NCBI GenBank assembly: GCA_008636045.1
Contig: SNRW01000011.1
Location: forward strand, 1 to 45,913
Length of the DNA: 45,913 nucleotides
Direction of reading: 5' to 3'
DNA from: Streblomastix strix
Taxonomy: Eukaryota
The position numbers were made by a program, and so were the translations under genes. This document shows positions 10,763-30,279 of this stretch, one piece after another. The notes beneath the pieces were generated by a model. It was not told the DNA's origin. It searched no databases and worked only from the letters and a program-made list of their open reading frames with translations. Position 1 is the first letter of the stretch; each line of letters starts with the position of its first letter.

Positions 10763-11310
10763 TAATGGATTAATTTAAATAGCAAATAATAAAATTTACT
10801 AATAAAATTTTTGGTTATTAAGTTTGCCTAGAGAAAAAAAGATTCATTATTCATATTTTGGCTTTAGAACTACCAAATAGTATTAATTGTTAATAAAAAT
10901 CTGTATATATATATATTTTTTCATTATATTATAGTATAGTTAAATTTTAATTCCTTTCCATTACAAACAAGACAAACTAAATTCCAATCTCAAAATCATG
11001 TTTTACAACAAAATTTAAATTTATAAATTTAATATCTATCTACTATTTGTGAAATTTTTATATTTACAAATAAATATTATAATTTAATGTTTGCTTAATA
11101 TCAAATTACACTCTTAAAACCTTGGCTAAATTTATTTTTTGAAAAATTATATACTACTCCAGGAATAACAGTTATTTATGCTTAAATATTTTAAATTGTT
11201 ATTAGATAATGTTGATAATTAAGAATTTATTATTATATCTAATTTTTTATACACTGTAAATTTTCACAATTTTTTTTTCTAGATACATTTCATTTAATTT
11301 CAACGAATCG

Positions 11311-14300
11311 ATGGATGGTAAACCGAAATTTCTTCGACGTTCTACATCCAATCTAAGGGTATCATTTCGAGATCTCTAAACTGCACCTGATGTTTGAAAT
11401 TTCTTTTTTATATAATTAAATAATTGTTTCTATTTAATACATCTCCAGACAACTTCAGTAACAAGCGACGACCAGCGTTGGAACAATATAATCAGAACCT
11501 TACAAACCGAAAACCAATCCTTGAAGCAAGAAAAGGACGATCTTGAGAAACAGAGCATGGAATTGACAACTTCCTTAGAAACCCGACTTCGAGATGAGAA
11601 AGAATAACGCGTTAGAGAATAAAAACAGCTACACGATGCAGAAACAGAATTATAAGAAGAATAAACCAAAAAAACAGAGCTTGAGAATAGATCATGAGTT
11701 TTGAAGGAATAATTGATTAATGAGAAAGAAAGAGGATAGAACATTATGATTAGTAAAGAAGAAGAAGAGAAAAGAAAGATTGAAGCAATAGAAAAGTAAA
11801 AATAACAAACCATTGATAAAGAAAAAGCTATTCGTCGAGCTTTTGAAGCTGAAAAATTAAATGCAGCCAATTAGAAACGAATTACTGAATTGGAATCTGA
11901 AATTCAAACATTAAAAAATTAAGATGATAAAGAAAATTAAGATTAAAGTGTTTTATAAGAAAACCTGAATGAAACAACGAAAAAACTGAGCACTTGCGAA
12001 AAGATGCTTAAAAGACTGCAGTAAAGCAAAGATTAAGAGTAGTAAAGGCTGAAAGATGATATATCGAGATTATAAGAAGATTTGGCTGAAGCGAATATAT
12101 AGCTTCAATTCAATGTGAAAAAATGCGAAACTTCAGAAAGATAACTTAATGCATTGAAAAAACAAAGAAAAGAGATTGATTAGAAAGAGAAAAAAGTTGT
12201 ATAGTAAAAAGACAATGAAAAAGAAGAAGGATATTAATTTGAACCACTTTACTATGAAGAATAAAAAAAACGATAATCAGTTGAAACTGAATTGAAAATA
12301 GTTTAAGAAGATAAAAGAAAAGCATTAGAAAGAGAAAAAGAAACTTATTCAAAATATGAAAAAAAGGAAGAAGAGAAACATAAAGCCGAGATTGAGATGC
12401 AATTTGTGAAGAATGAGATTTAAAATGCACAAAATTAAATTAAGTAATCAACTGAGAAATTAAACATAGAAATGGAACGTCGAAGAAACATTGAAATCGA
12501 GAACGCAGGTCTCAAATGGGAGATCACGAAATTAAAATCAGAAATAGAGAGCAAAAAATAAGAACTTGAAACAGAGACAGAAAATCGGATGGTTTTTGAG
12601 TTGAGGTTCAAAGCTGAAGTTGAAGAGAAAGAGAAAATGAAAGGAGATTATGAATTGAGGATGGATGAAGAGAAAGAAGATATAGAAGAAAAGGAGCTAT
12701 AAAGATAAGAGGCAGAATTTCAGCAGTAAAAAGAGAAGGAGAAAGAAATTTAAGCTGCAGAAAGATCTGATAAAGCTGAATTAAAGATAATTGAATAAGC
12801 AGAATAACTTTTGGCAGCTTTGAATGAAACGAGAATTTAAAAAGAGGAATTTGAATAATAGAAAGAATTAACTGAAGAATACAAATAGAAAACGGAAGAA
12901 GAAGAAACGAAGAGAAAAGAGATATATTTTTTAAAAGAGAAACTTGAAATGGATAATTAGAACTAAATCAAATAGATTGAAAAATTATAATAATAATTAG
13001 CATCAATCAAAGACAAGTTTGATGATGAATAAATACTAAACTTAAAGAAAGAGATTGATAAAGAATAAATAGAGAAAATTAAAGAGAAATCTGATTATGA
13101 AAGAGAAAAGAAAAGACTTGCTGAATCTGATAGATTGATGATGAAAGTATAAGAAGAGTATTTAACCGAAATTAAGAAGAAAGAAAAAGAATATGAGAAT
13201 CTTTAATAGGAAATTCGGGAGTTAATTAAATAGAAATAAGAAAAAGAGATGCAAAAATCAATTAAATAGAAAAAAGAAGAAGAAATAAGAATATTAATGG
13301 AAGAAAATAATAAACTCAATGAATTACAAACCAAAGAACAAACTCAAAGATTTGATTTCTATCACATCGAAGGAGGGATTCCAATCGATATAACTAATCC
13401 AGATCCAACAGATATTGATTTTACTGATTATGATGGAGTAATGAAGAAAATCAGTAAGAAGAAAGATGTATACAACACCATTTCATTGTCTGAAGTCTTG
13501 GGTGGGGAAGGAATTTATTCATTGGAGGTTGAACTGTAGAACTCACAGAGTGATGAATCTGGTATGTGAAATTATTTGTTGTATTTGATATTTGAAAATA
13601 TTTATTGATGCAATTAAAATACATATGTTTGATTTATATATTAAATACATATATATTCAAATATTATATTTATTTTTTAATAATTTAAATGTTTATATGT
13701 TATATTTATTTATGAATTACATATATTCATGATTATTTATTTATTATATCTTATTCTTTCAGCGGTAGGAATAGTTTAAAATACATACAGCATACCTTCT
13801 GGGACAAAACCTTGGGTTAAACCACGTTTGACTATAATTTTTATTTACTTGAATTATATATAATATTTATTTACTTGAATTATATTTAATATTTATTTAC
13901 TTGAATTATATTTAATATTTATTTACTTAAATTATATATAATATTTATTTACTTGAATTATATATAATATTTATTTACTTGAATTATATATATAATATTT
14001 ATTTACTTGAATTATATTTAATATTTATTTACTTGAATTATATATAATATTTATTTACTTGAATTATATTTAATATTTATTTACTTGAATTATATATAAT
14101 ATTTATTTACTTAAATTATATATAATATTTATTTACTTGAATTATATATAATATTTATTTACTTAAATTATATATAATATAATATAATTAATTTATATTA
14201 TTCAGATCACGAGCACATGGCAATATATAGCGGATCGTATGCATTTATTTAAATTATTTTATGATAAATGAATATATTTCAATCTAATTTTTATTAATTG

Positions 14301-14784
14301 GATTAATTTTCTATTATTTAACTCTATTTTACTTTTTTATATAACCATATTCCAATCACAGGAGCTGGGGTCGAGGATGCGTTTGCTACAAAGGAAAGTT
14401 CATATATGGAAATGCGCGTTTTATGGACAATTAGACCATAAGACTTGAATTTAATGCTGAAAAAGGAACTGTTACTTTCTTCTTAGAAGGCAAATAGCAG
14501 CCAGTCTACATTTCAGATATAAACGAGGAAGTGAGATTTATTGTATGACTATATTTATTTGGAAATAATGAGAGTGATTGTTTATTATTCTAATCTATTA
14601 TAATTTTAATATGTATTTCGACTTTTAATTCGTTATATTAAATTTCATTGTTTTACTTTGATTTTCATCTTTATATAAGGTTAACATCTTTCATGCAGGA
14701 TCAACATGTATAATTCGATCTTTGAAGAAGCTTGCTGCTCCAACGGCTGTTGATATAGAAGATGCAAAGGTAGTTAAATGGTGA
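11311..14784 (+). CDS. Long coiled-coil protein with C-terminal SPRY/B30.2-like domain, one in-frame TGA
   Basis: ATG at 11311, intron 11392-11448, then an E/K/Q-rich exon of about 700 codons that is open with TAR=Gln except for TGA at 11695-11697. The C-terminal exons read GIYSLEVEL..AVGIV..CYKGKFIYGNARF..IRLEFNAEKGTVTFFLEGKQQPVYISDINEEVRFIV..VVKW*. Confidence 0.8.
13840..14180. repeat. Intronic minisatellite, 26-bp unit x13
   Basis: The unit TTATTTACTT(G/A)AATTATAT(A/T)TAATAT is repeated head-to-tail inside an intron starting at 13826. One unit is 28 bp. Confidence 0.95.
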
Positions 14785-15059
14785 ATTAAAAAAAAAGATT
14801 AGAATAATTTTTAATAATATTTAAATCTACTTATTTTTTTAGGAATTTCATTCACCAACAATAATTTTAATCATTCATTTCTATATATACTGTTCATTTA
14901 TCATCTCATTTCACTGAAAATTATAAAGTCTAATCTGTAATATGTTTTATTCACATCAAAATTTAATTTTATAGTATTTTATATATAATTACCAAGCTTT
15001 AAAGTCTAATTTATTTCTTCAATTATTTTAATCTTCTCAATTTGTTTGTAATTTTAAAT

Positions 15060-17720
15060 AAATAATTTATAAGCGTATTATGCAATCTTTTATTTATAAA
15101 TTATTGAGTTTACTTTTCTGTTTGTACCTAATTAATGAAAATTATAAAAATCCATATTTTTGGATTATTCTAACAATATTTTAATAATGCATTATTGTTT
15201 CATACTAAACATTATTTTTTATTGATAGTTTATAATATTTAGATGCATTTTCTTTTCAATTCATAAATTACGAGGAGTTTTATTATTCTAAAAAATAAAT
15301 CACTTTTTAAACTAATTATTTGAGTTACAAATTAAAATCCATCTATTTATTTTTTTTCATTTTCATTTTTAAATCATTTAAAATATAAAGATCACCATTT
15401 TAAATTCACAGTCAACTGAAATAAAATCGTTTAAACATTTTTATTAATATTTTTCAATTTTCTTTATATTTTCCAATTATCTTTATATTTTCCAATTTAA
15501 ATATATTAGTTTTTAACCATTAAATATATTTCGTTTATTCAAACTATTATTTACATTAAATATAATCAAAATTTAATATTTTATCAATCTTTTTATTTTT
15601 TTAAATTTAATTTTATTTATTTTTATTTAGATCTACAAAATATATGAATTCTACTCCGGAACTTTGTATGCTGATCAATTATTATATTTAATTAATTTAA
15701 TTATCATTTTTATCAGATAATTTGAGACAAAACTTATTATATTAGTTTGTTGAATAATTTTTATATGTACAACAATTTTATTATTTTATATTTATTAGAA
15801 TATTCTCTAATTGTGATGCTGACACATTGATTGAAGTTTAGAACACTTGCAAATACTTTCACAACTTCATACAATAAAATGAGTATTAAATATTTTATAA
15901 TAATTTCAATTATATTTTTTAATTTATTTTATATTAGTGAAGTGTATAAAAATGGATGTATTGCTGAAATTTAGAAAGTTCATTAAAAGAAAATTATTAA
16001 TCCTTAATTATTAGGCAATTAACAATCTTCAAATGTAAATTTAGAATAATAAAATAATAAAATCAGAATCAATCTATTGTTGTTCATAATCATCATAGTT
16101 GGAAACAAACATTTAAGTATTTAATATTTATACTAAATAAATTTGCATATTTATTTATTTCTTTTATTGCAGATTATATCGATCACTATCAGCGATTCAT
16201 GAAGGACTGTATAATAATGAATAATATAATTCATGGATTCATTTTCACTCCTTTATAGCAAAAATTATCGAGACAATTGCTTATATTATTATATTCATAT
16301 TATACATTTCATCAGTCATCATGATTCCATTTGCAATTGATTATAAAATTAATAATATTAAATTTAATTCATTCTTTCCATGCTGTTTCACTTCAAGTTC
16401 ATTACTATTCATTCTTGCCTAATTGATTCATATTTTATTAATCTGGTTGAAATATGCAAGATTCTTATCAGTTGATTAAAGATAATTATAAATTACTTTC
16501 TTGAATCTGGATTATAATGAGATCCAATTGCTGATTTAAGATTAATATAAATTTGATTTTTAAATTGTATAATTTGTTATAAATTCAATTATTTGTATTA
16601 TCGCTGCAATTACAATAGATTTTCTAGTTTCTGAATAGAAGTCATCAAACTCAATCTCAATTATATTTTTAAATACTATTATTATTGTTTGCTTATTGAT
16701 TGAAATATTATTATTAAAGAAATAATTGAAAGAGTTATTTAGTTATCTGATAAGATTATTATATATAGATTAAAATCTGATTTAATAACTTCAAAATAAT
16801 ATGAATAATTATAATAAAATATTAAGGATTATTCTCAAGAAATATCTTAATATACATAATAATATCAATTATATTTATGGATTATGGTTTATATATAGAA
16901 CAATTTTTGTTAATTCTTAATTAATCATAAATTATATTTATCGAAATAATAATGGTTTGTTAATAATTATATTATTATCATTATCATATATTTAAATTTC
17001 ATAACTCTATTTCTTTTTCTATTCATAATTAGAAAACAATTCACAAAATCCATATTTATTATTTCTTTTTCTTCTTTTCTTGCTTTATGATGTGTTTCAT
17101 CTCTTATTAATAAGTTTGTCAGTTCTTATCATTTGTGTTAAATCACATCTCAGTTTCCTTTTGTGGTTGATTATTCCCCTAACTATTGAATGTATACTTG
17201 GAATAGTTTATTTATTTTATGAAATATTTAATATGGACACTTTAAAACTTGCAATAACTGGGAAATCAATTGAAGGAAATGATTGGATGGCAATCCTCAT
17301 TAATAAGATTATTCCTATTTCAATCATTAATCGTTTCTCCTAAATCTAAATTGAATTTTATTTTCTTCTTCTTCTTCCTTAATTCATATATTTTGCAATT
17401 AAGATTATTTTTTATTATATTCTGAATGCATCTTATTTGAATAGCAGGAACAAACAAATTAAATATCTGCAAAAGATAAGTTTGAACACAAGATGGCTCA
17501 AAATGCAAATTAATAGGAAGAAATATTCACATTAAATTTGAATATGTTAATGAATTAGAAATTCAACTTGAAAGATAGAAATTGTTTCAATGTGTTGATT
17601 ATTACTTTAATATTTTTATTATTCTGTATTTGTTCAAATGTTAATAAAATAATAAAATAAAGAGTTTGTACAATTTCATTCGTTCAGTTTAACTATTTCC
17701 TCAGTTAATTCAAATACTCT
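15060..17720. repeat. Inverted segmental duplication 2, left arm
   Basis: The reverse complement aligns with about 26826-29450, including the upstream intergenic region, introns and 3' flank. Confidence 0.9.
15644..17541 (+). CDS. F-box-like N-terminus plus multi-pass membrane protein, copy A
   Basis: Short 5' exons give LRQNLLYQFVEQF..IFSNCDADTLIEVQNTCKYFHNFIQQN..VYK (F-box-like). A long last exon with many hydrophobic segments ends at TGA 17539-17541. Exon 2 is 2 nt shorter than in copy B, which gives a phase mismatch. Confidence 0.6.
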
Positions 17721-18169
17721 ATAGTAAAATAAAAAAAATTAATAATTGATATAAATATGTATGTAATTTTATATTTGATATCGAATTATATCATCATAAT
17801 TTATCTGCCAATTGGATATATCTCATTGGATTCAATTTCTAACTTTTCCCTCATATCTTACAATCCAGAAAAATACAATTTTATTAATCTTAATATATTA
17901 AGATGTTCTTTATTATTAAATAATGATTCTTTATTATAATATTAAGTTTTACTATAAAACTCGTGCTAGAAATTTTGTGAGAAAATAAAAACAAGTTAAG
18001 ACTCATCAATTTAGATGATGAGAATCAAAGTATAAATGGTAAAGTTAACCAAAATTCAGATCAATAATTTCCATTTCAATTTCCATATTGTATATCCATT
18101 TCCATATCATTTCATCACCACCATATCCATATTATAAATCATCACCATATCATCATCATTTCATCATCC

Positions 18170-19259
18170 TCACAATCCAACCAGCAAAGTCGGTAGAACA
18201 TCCTAGAAGATCCTCCCAATCCTCTCCGTTGCACTTCTCCCAACTTCTAAGATCTCCAGATGGTTCGGCGGAGTTTCTGTATCAATGATATCAGTCTGCA
18301 CACTCAATGCAACGACTTTTACACCTGAATGACGTGCAATTATACATTCTGGAGCAGTCGACATACCCGCCATGTCACATCCTATTCTCTACAAGTACAC
18401 TGCATCGGCATGTGTTTCGAAGGTTGGACCCAACATTGCTACATACACGCCCTCACGAAGAACGATGCCTGGGTGATTATATGAATGCGCGATATGTTTT
18501 TATATATTTGATAAATATATATGAAAAAAAATTATATATAAAAAAATATGAAGAAAAAAAAATTATATTAATTTATATATAAAAATGTATATTATTCTAA
18601 TTATATCATAAAATCAAATCATATTTCTCCCATCCAAATTTATATACCTAATTTATCTCCAGATGCTTTAACTTTCTTGCGAAGCTCAGCATCATAGCAA
18701 TTTGACATATCTGGGAATCGAACAGAGTGTGGTGGGAAATAATCCTTATTTACTCCAACCAAAGGATTATCTCCTAATAAATTGATATGATCAGTAACTA
18801 ATGCTATATCACCCAGTGTCCATGTTTTGATAAGTGAACCAGCAGCGTTGGTTAAAATGAGTATCTTGATCCCCAAACGAGCGAAAACACGGATAGGAAA
18901 AGTGATTTTCTGCATTGATAGACCTTCGTAGAAGTGGTTCCTCCCTTATAGGCATATTGTTGGCACGCCTGCAATGGTGTTAATGAGAACGTTGCCTCTG
19001 TGACCTTCAACAGTTGTTTTTATGAAGTAAGGGATGTCTGTGAATGGGATGACTATGGTTTTTGAGTTGTCGTCGAATTTGTCTCCTAAACCGTCGAGGC
19101 CTGTGCCAAATACAATGCCAATGGCAGGCTTGTAGCCGGGAGCCTTTGAGAGTATGTAGGCGACTGCTTCGTCAATCTGCGCGAGTGTGGGGACTTACAG
19201 AAAGAGTGAAATAGAATTAGGATGAAGAAAATAATAATAATAAGCATACAATCGGCCAT
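18170..19259 (-). CDS. PNP: Purine nucleoside phosphorylase (trimeric NP-I type)
   Basis: Motifs GIVFGTGL, TTVEGHRG, LQGRNHFYEG, LILTNAAG, DHINL, RFPDMS, REGVY, GPTFET, GMSTAPE and NHLEIL. Introns at 19194-19249 and 18469-18647. TGA stop at 18170-18172. Confidence 0.96.
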
Positions 19260-20080
19260 GTTAATCTATAAATGACAATATATATAAAATATATATAAGT
19301 AAAGGATATAAAGAAAAATTTTAACTTTAATATAAAAAAATATTGTTTTAATTAGTAGAATTAACTCTTTTTTTAAAATAATTTTGTGAAATAAAATAAG
19401 CATGTTCAATGAAATAAAAATGGGTAATCGCTTAAAATATATACTGAAAACAGCTAGATTCTTAAATTTAACATAATTGTGATTTTTTTAAAAAATAAAA
19501 GCCCGAACAATCTGCGAAATTTTTATAAAATTTGTTATCTGATAACTATAGGTTTATATACTATTATTGTGTTGAAATATTATTAAATATGCAAATAAAA
19601 TTTAAAATATCTTCGTCATATTCCACATAACACCTAAAAAAATGATGAATTGTGCGTATGTATACTTTTCCCTCATATCCAAATAAGCTAGATATGCATA
19701 TTCATTCTTTATTATCATTCGTATTAATTTGAATATTTTATATTGAAAAACATCATAATTATTTTTATTACACTCAAATTGAACAAGATATTTTATGTAG
19801 AGCTTTCAACAATAAATTACAAGATAAATAGAAAGTAATTATAATTTATCAATATTTGTTTTTAAAATTAATTTTATTTACTCTTCGAATTTTCTATATA
19901 TATTATTATTATTTATCTATTACCCATTCAGTTTTTAAAATTATTATTTCCAAACTAATTTTCTCTGCACATGAATTATTTTAATGATTGCTTTTTATTT
20001 TGAATTAATTTTAATTGTCATTTTAATTATATTTTTATAGTTATTTTTGAAATATAACATTGAATACCGAGATTTTCAAG

Positions 20081-26869
<6,789 letters not shown>

Positions 26870-27008
26870 AATTATATAAACTCTATATTTTATTTTTTAA
26901 TTAACATTTCAACAAATACAAAATAAATACAAAATAATATTAAAGTAATTTTTAACACATTGAAACAATTTCTATCTTTATAATTGAATTTCTGGTTCAT
27001 TAACACAT

Positions 27009-28896
27009 TCAAATTTAATGTGAATATTTCTTCTGATTAATTTGCATTTTGAGCCATCTTGTGTTCAAAGTTCTATTCTACAGATATTTAATTTGTTTGA
27101 TCCTGCTATTCAAATAAGATGCATTCTGAATGTAATAATAAATAATCTTTATTGCAAAATAAATGAACTTAGGAAGAAGAAGAAGAATAAAATAGAATTA
27201 AATTTAGTTCTAGGAGAAACGATTGATGATAGAAATAGGAATAATCTTATTAATGAGGATTGCCATCCAATTATTTCCTTCAATTGATTTTCCAGTTATT
27301 GCATATTTCATAATATAATTAATAATTAATATGTTAGGATTATAAAACATTCCAAGTACAATAGAGATTGGTAAAGAAATAAAAAATCGCAAATAATATT
27401 TGTGATGATTTTAAAAATAATTGAAAGAGATTTATACAGATATTATTGCAATATGAAACCTATTATAAATATATAGAAGAATGAAAGTTAATGCAAAATA
27501 TGGCTGTAGCGAATAATTTTCAAATAGGTGAATAAAATAAAATAAACAATAAAATTTAAATAAATAACAATAAACTAATTATTAACAAACTATTATTAAT
27601 TTTATAAGAATAGTAAATTATTAGTGAAGAATAAAACAAAATTTCTTTGAATACAATCTAAAGACTGTGAGTATAATTGATGTTATTTATGATTGTGAAT
27701 AATTTTCTGACGATCATTTTAAATATATTATCAAAATTATTCAAATTATCTAAAAATTCATCAACTTGAACTTCAATCATTAATTGAGCATTCAAAAAAT
27801 AATTATTCAATTTTTTCTTAAATATTATTATTATAATAATCATAATTAAAATAATAATATTAATTAAAAACAATGTTAAGAATGAATATGATGGACCTTA
27901 TTCAGAAATTAGAAAATCTAAGGTAACTGTAGTGATAATATAAATAATTGAATTTATAACAAATTACATAATTTAATAATCAAATTTATATTAATCTTAA
28001 ATCAGCAATTAGATCTCATTATAATCCAGATTCAAGAAAGTAATTCGTAATTGTCTTTAATCAACTGATAAGAATCTTGCATATTTCAACCAGATTATCA
28101 AAATATGAATCAATTAGGCAAGAATGAATAGTAATGAACTTGAAGTGAAACCGAATGGAAAGAATGAATTAAATTTAATATTATTAATTTTATAATCAAT
28201 TGCAAATGGAATTATGATGACTGATGAAATGCATAATATGAATATAATAATATAAGCAATTGTCTCGATAATTTTTGCTATAAAGGAGTGAAAATTAATC
28301 CATGAATTATATTATTCATTATTATACAGTCCTTCATGAATCGCTGATAGTGATCGATATGATCTATAATAAAAAAAAAGAAATGAATATAAAAATTTTA
28401 TTTGAATAATATTATATACTTAAATGTTTGTTTCCAACTATGATGATTATGAATATAAATAGATTGATTCTGATTTGATTAATCTGAAGTTGCATTTGAA
28501 GATTGTTAATTGCCTAATAATTAAGGATTAATAATTTTCTTTTAATGAACTTTCTAAATTTCAGCAATACATCCATTTTTATAAAGTTCACTAATTTTTT
28601 ACAAAATAAATTAAAATATATAATTGAAATTATTATAAAAAATGATTGATACTCATTTTATTGTATGAAGTTGTGAAAGTATTTGCAAGTGTTCTAAACT
28701 TTAATCAACGTGTCATTATTGCAATTAAAGAATATTCTAATAAATGATAAAATAACAAAATTGTTGTACATAAATAGAAAATATTCAACAAACTAAAACA
28801 ATAAGTTTTGTCTTAAATTTGCTGATAAAATTGATATATAAAAATTAGTATGATCTAATTAATACTTATCATACCAAGTGTCGGAGGAGAATTCAT
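27009..28896 (-). CDS. F-box-like multi-pass membrane protein, copy B
   Basis: MNSPPTLANLRQNLLFQFVEYF..NDTLIKVQNTCKYFHNFIQQN, with the same exon layout and the same terminal ..KYSHQI* as copy A. An apparent +1 frameshift near 27525 gives TGA at 27520-27522. Confidence 0.6.
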
Positions 28897-29554
28897 ATAT
28901 TGTGAAGTTCTAAATAAAATTGATAAAAATAAATAAAAAAATAAAAAGATTGATAAAATATTAAATTTTGATTATATTTATTTGATAATGATAGTTAGAA
29001 TAAACATACTATGATTATTGGAAAAAGTAATATACAAAATTTTGTTTTTAACAAAGAAAATTGGTAAATATTAAGAAAAATTTAAAATAATATTATTTTA
29101 GTTGACTGTGAATTTAAAACGTTGATCTTTATATTTTAAATAATTTAAAAATGAAAATGTAAAAAATAAATGGATGGCTCATAATTTGTAACTTTAATAA
29201 TTAGTTTTAAAAGTGATTTATTTTTTAAAATTATAAAACTCCTCGTAATTTATGAATTGAAAAGAAAATGCATCTAAATATTATAAACTATCAATAAAAA
29301 ATAATGTTTAGTATGAAACAATAATGCATTATTAAACTATTGTTAGAATAATCCAAAAATGTGGATTTTTATAATTTTCACTAACCCAAAATAAACAGAA
29401 AAATATTCAATAATTTATAATTACAAGATTGTATAATAAGTTTATTAATATTTTATTATATATACACTCTTGTATATGCTACAATAATAATTTGAAATGG
29501 TTAATAGAATAAAATTATATGAAGTGAATTTTAAATTTAAATAATTGAAATTGT

Positions 29555-30197
29555 TCATCTTTTAGTCTTTTGACCAATCGCTTCGAGTTCAGCAAGGATA
29601 TTAGCAGCTGTGATTCGATTTGCAGGATTCTGAATATTTATTTAAAATAAATATATAAATAAAAAATATTATATATAATTTTTGTTTATCTTAAAATTAG
29701 TATTAAATAATAATATGCTCAAACTTTCTCCAGCATCTTATAGATTAGATCTCTCAACTTATTTGAGTAATTACTTGGAAGTTCGGGTGGCCGTTCTTTC
29801 AAAATACGCTCAGACATCAATTAGTCAGGAATATTCTCCTTCTCGTTCTAATATCAATGTATATAATGGGATAAAATTAAAATAATAAAAATAATTAGAT
29901 ATTAAGTATTGTTATAAATAAAATATAAATATGTATATGATAAGAAATAAATAAATAAATATATCAAACAGCTCGTAAGAATGGATGTTATGTTGCAAGG
30001 AGCTCGTACATCACCACGCCAAATCCCCAGATATCTGAAGCTGGTGTTTGTTTCCGTTTACTATAGTTACAAATAAATATATAATAAATTATGAATAATG
30101 TATATAATAGAAAATAAATAAATAATAAATATGTATATAATAGAAAATAAATAAATAATAAATATAAATGGTAGAAAATATTATAATTGTAAAACAA

Positions 30198-30279
<82 letters not shown>

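Noticed and set aside
11430..12430. Minus-strand hydrophobic ORFs (146 aa and 94 aa)
   Set aside because: They are antisense shadows of the E/K/Q-rich coiled-coil exon.
13840..14180. Possible CRISPR array
   Set aside because: The units are contiguous with no unique spacers, lie in a eukaryotic intron and have no cas genes nearby.
17720..18000. Small minus-strand gene between the duplication arm and PNP
   Set aside because: A short open stretch exists under TAR=Gln, but open frames arise easily with one stop codon and there is no clear start or motif.
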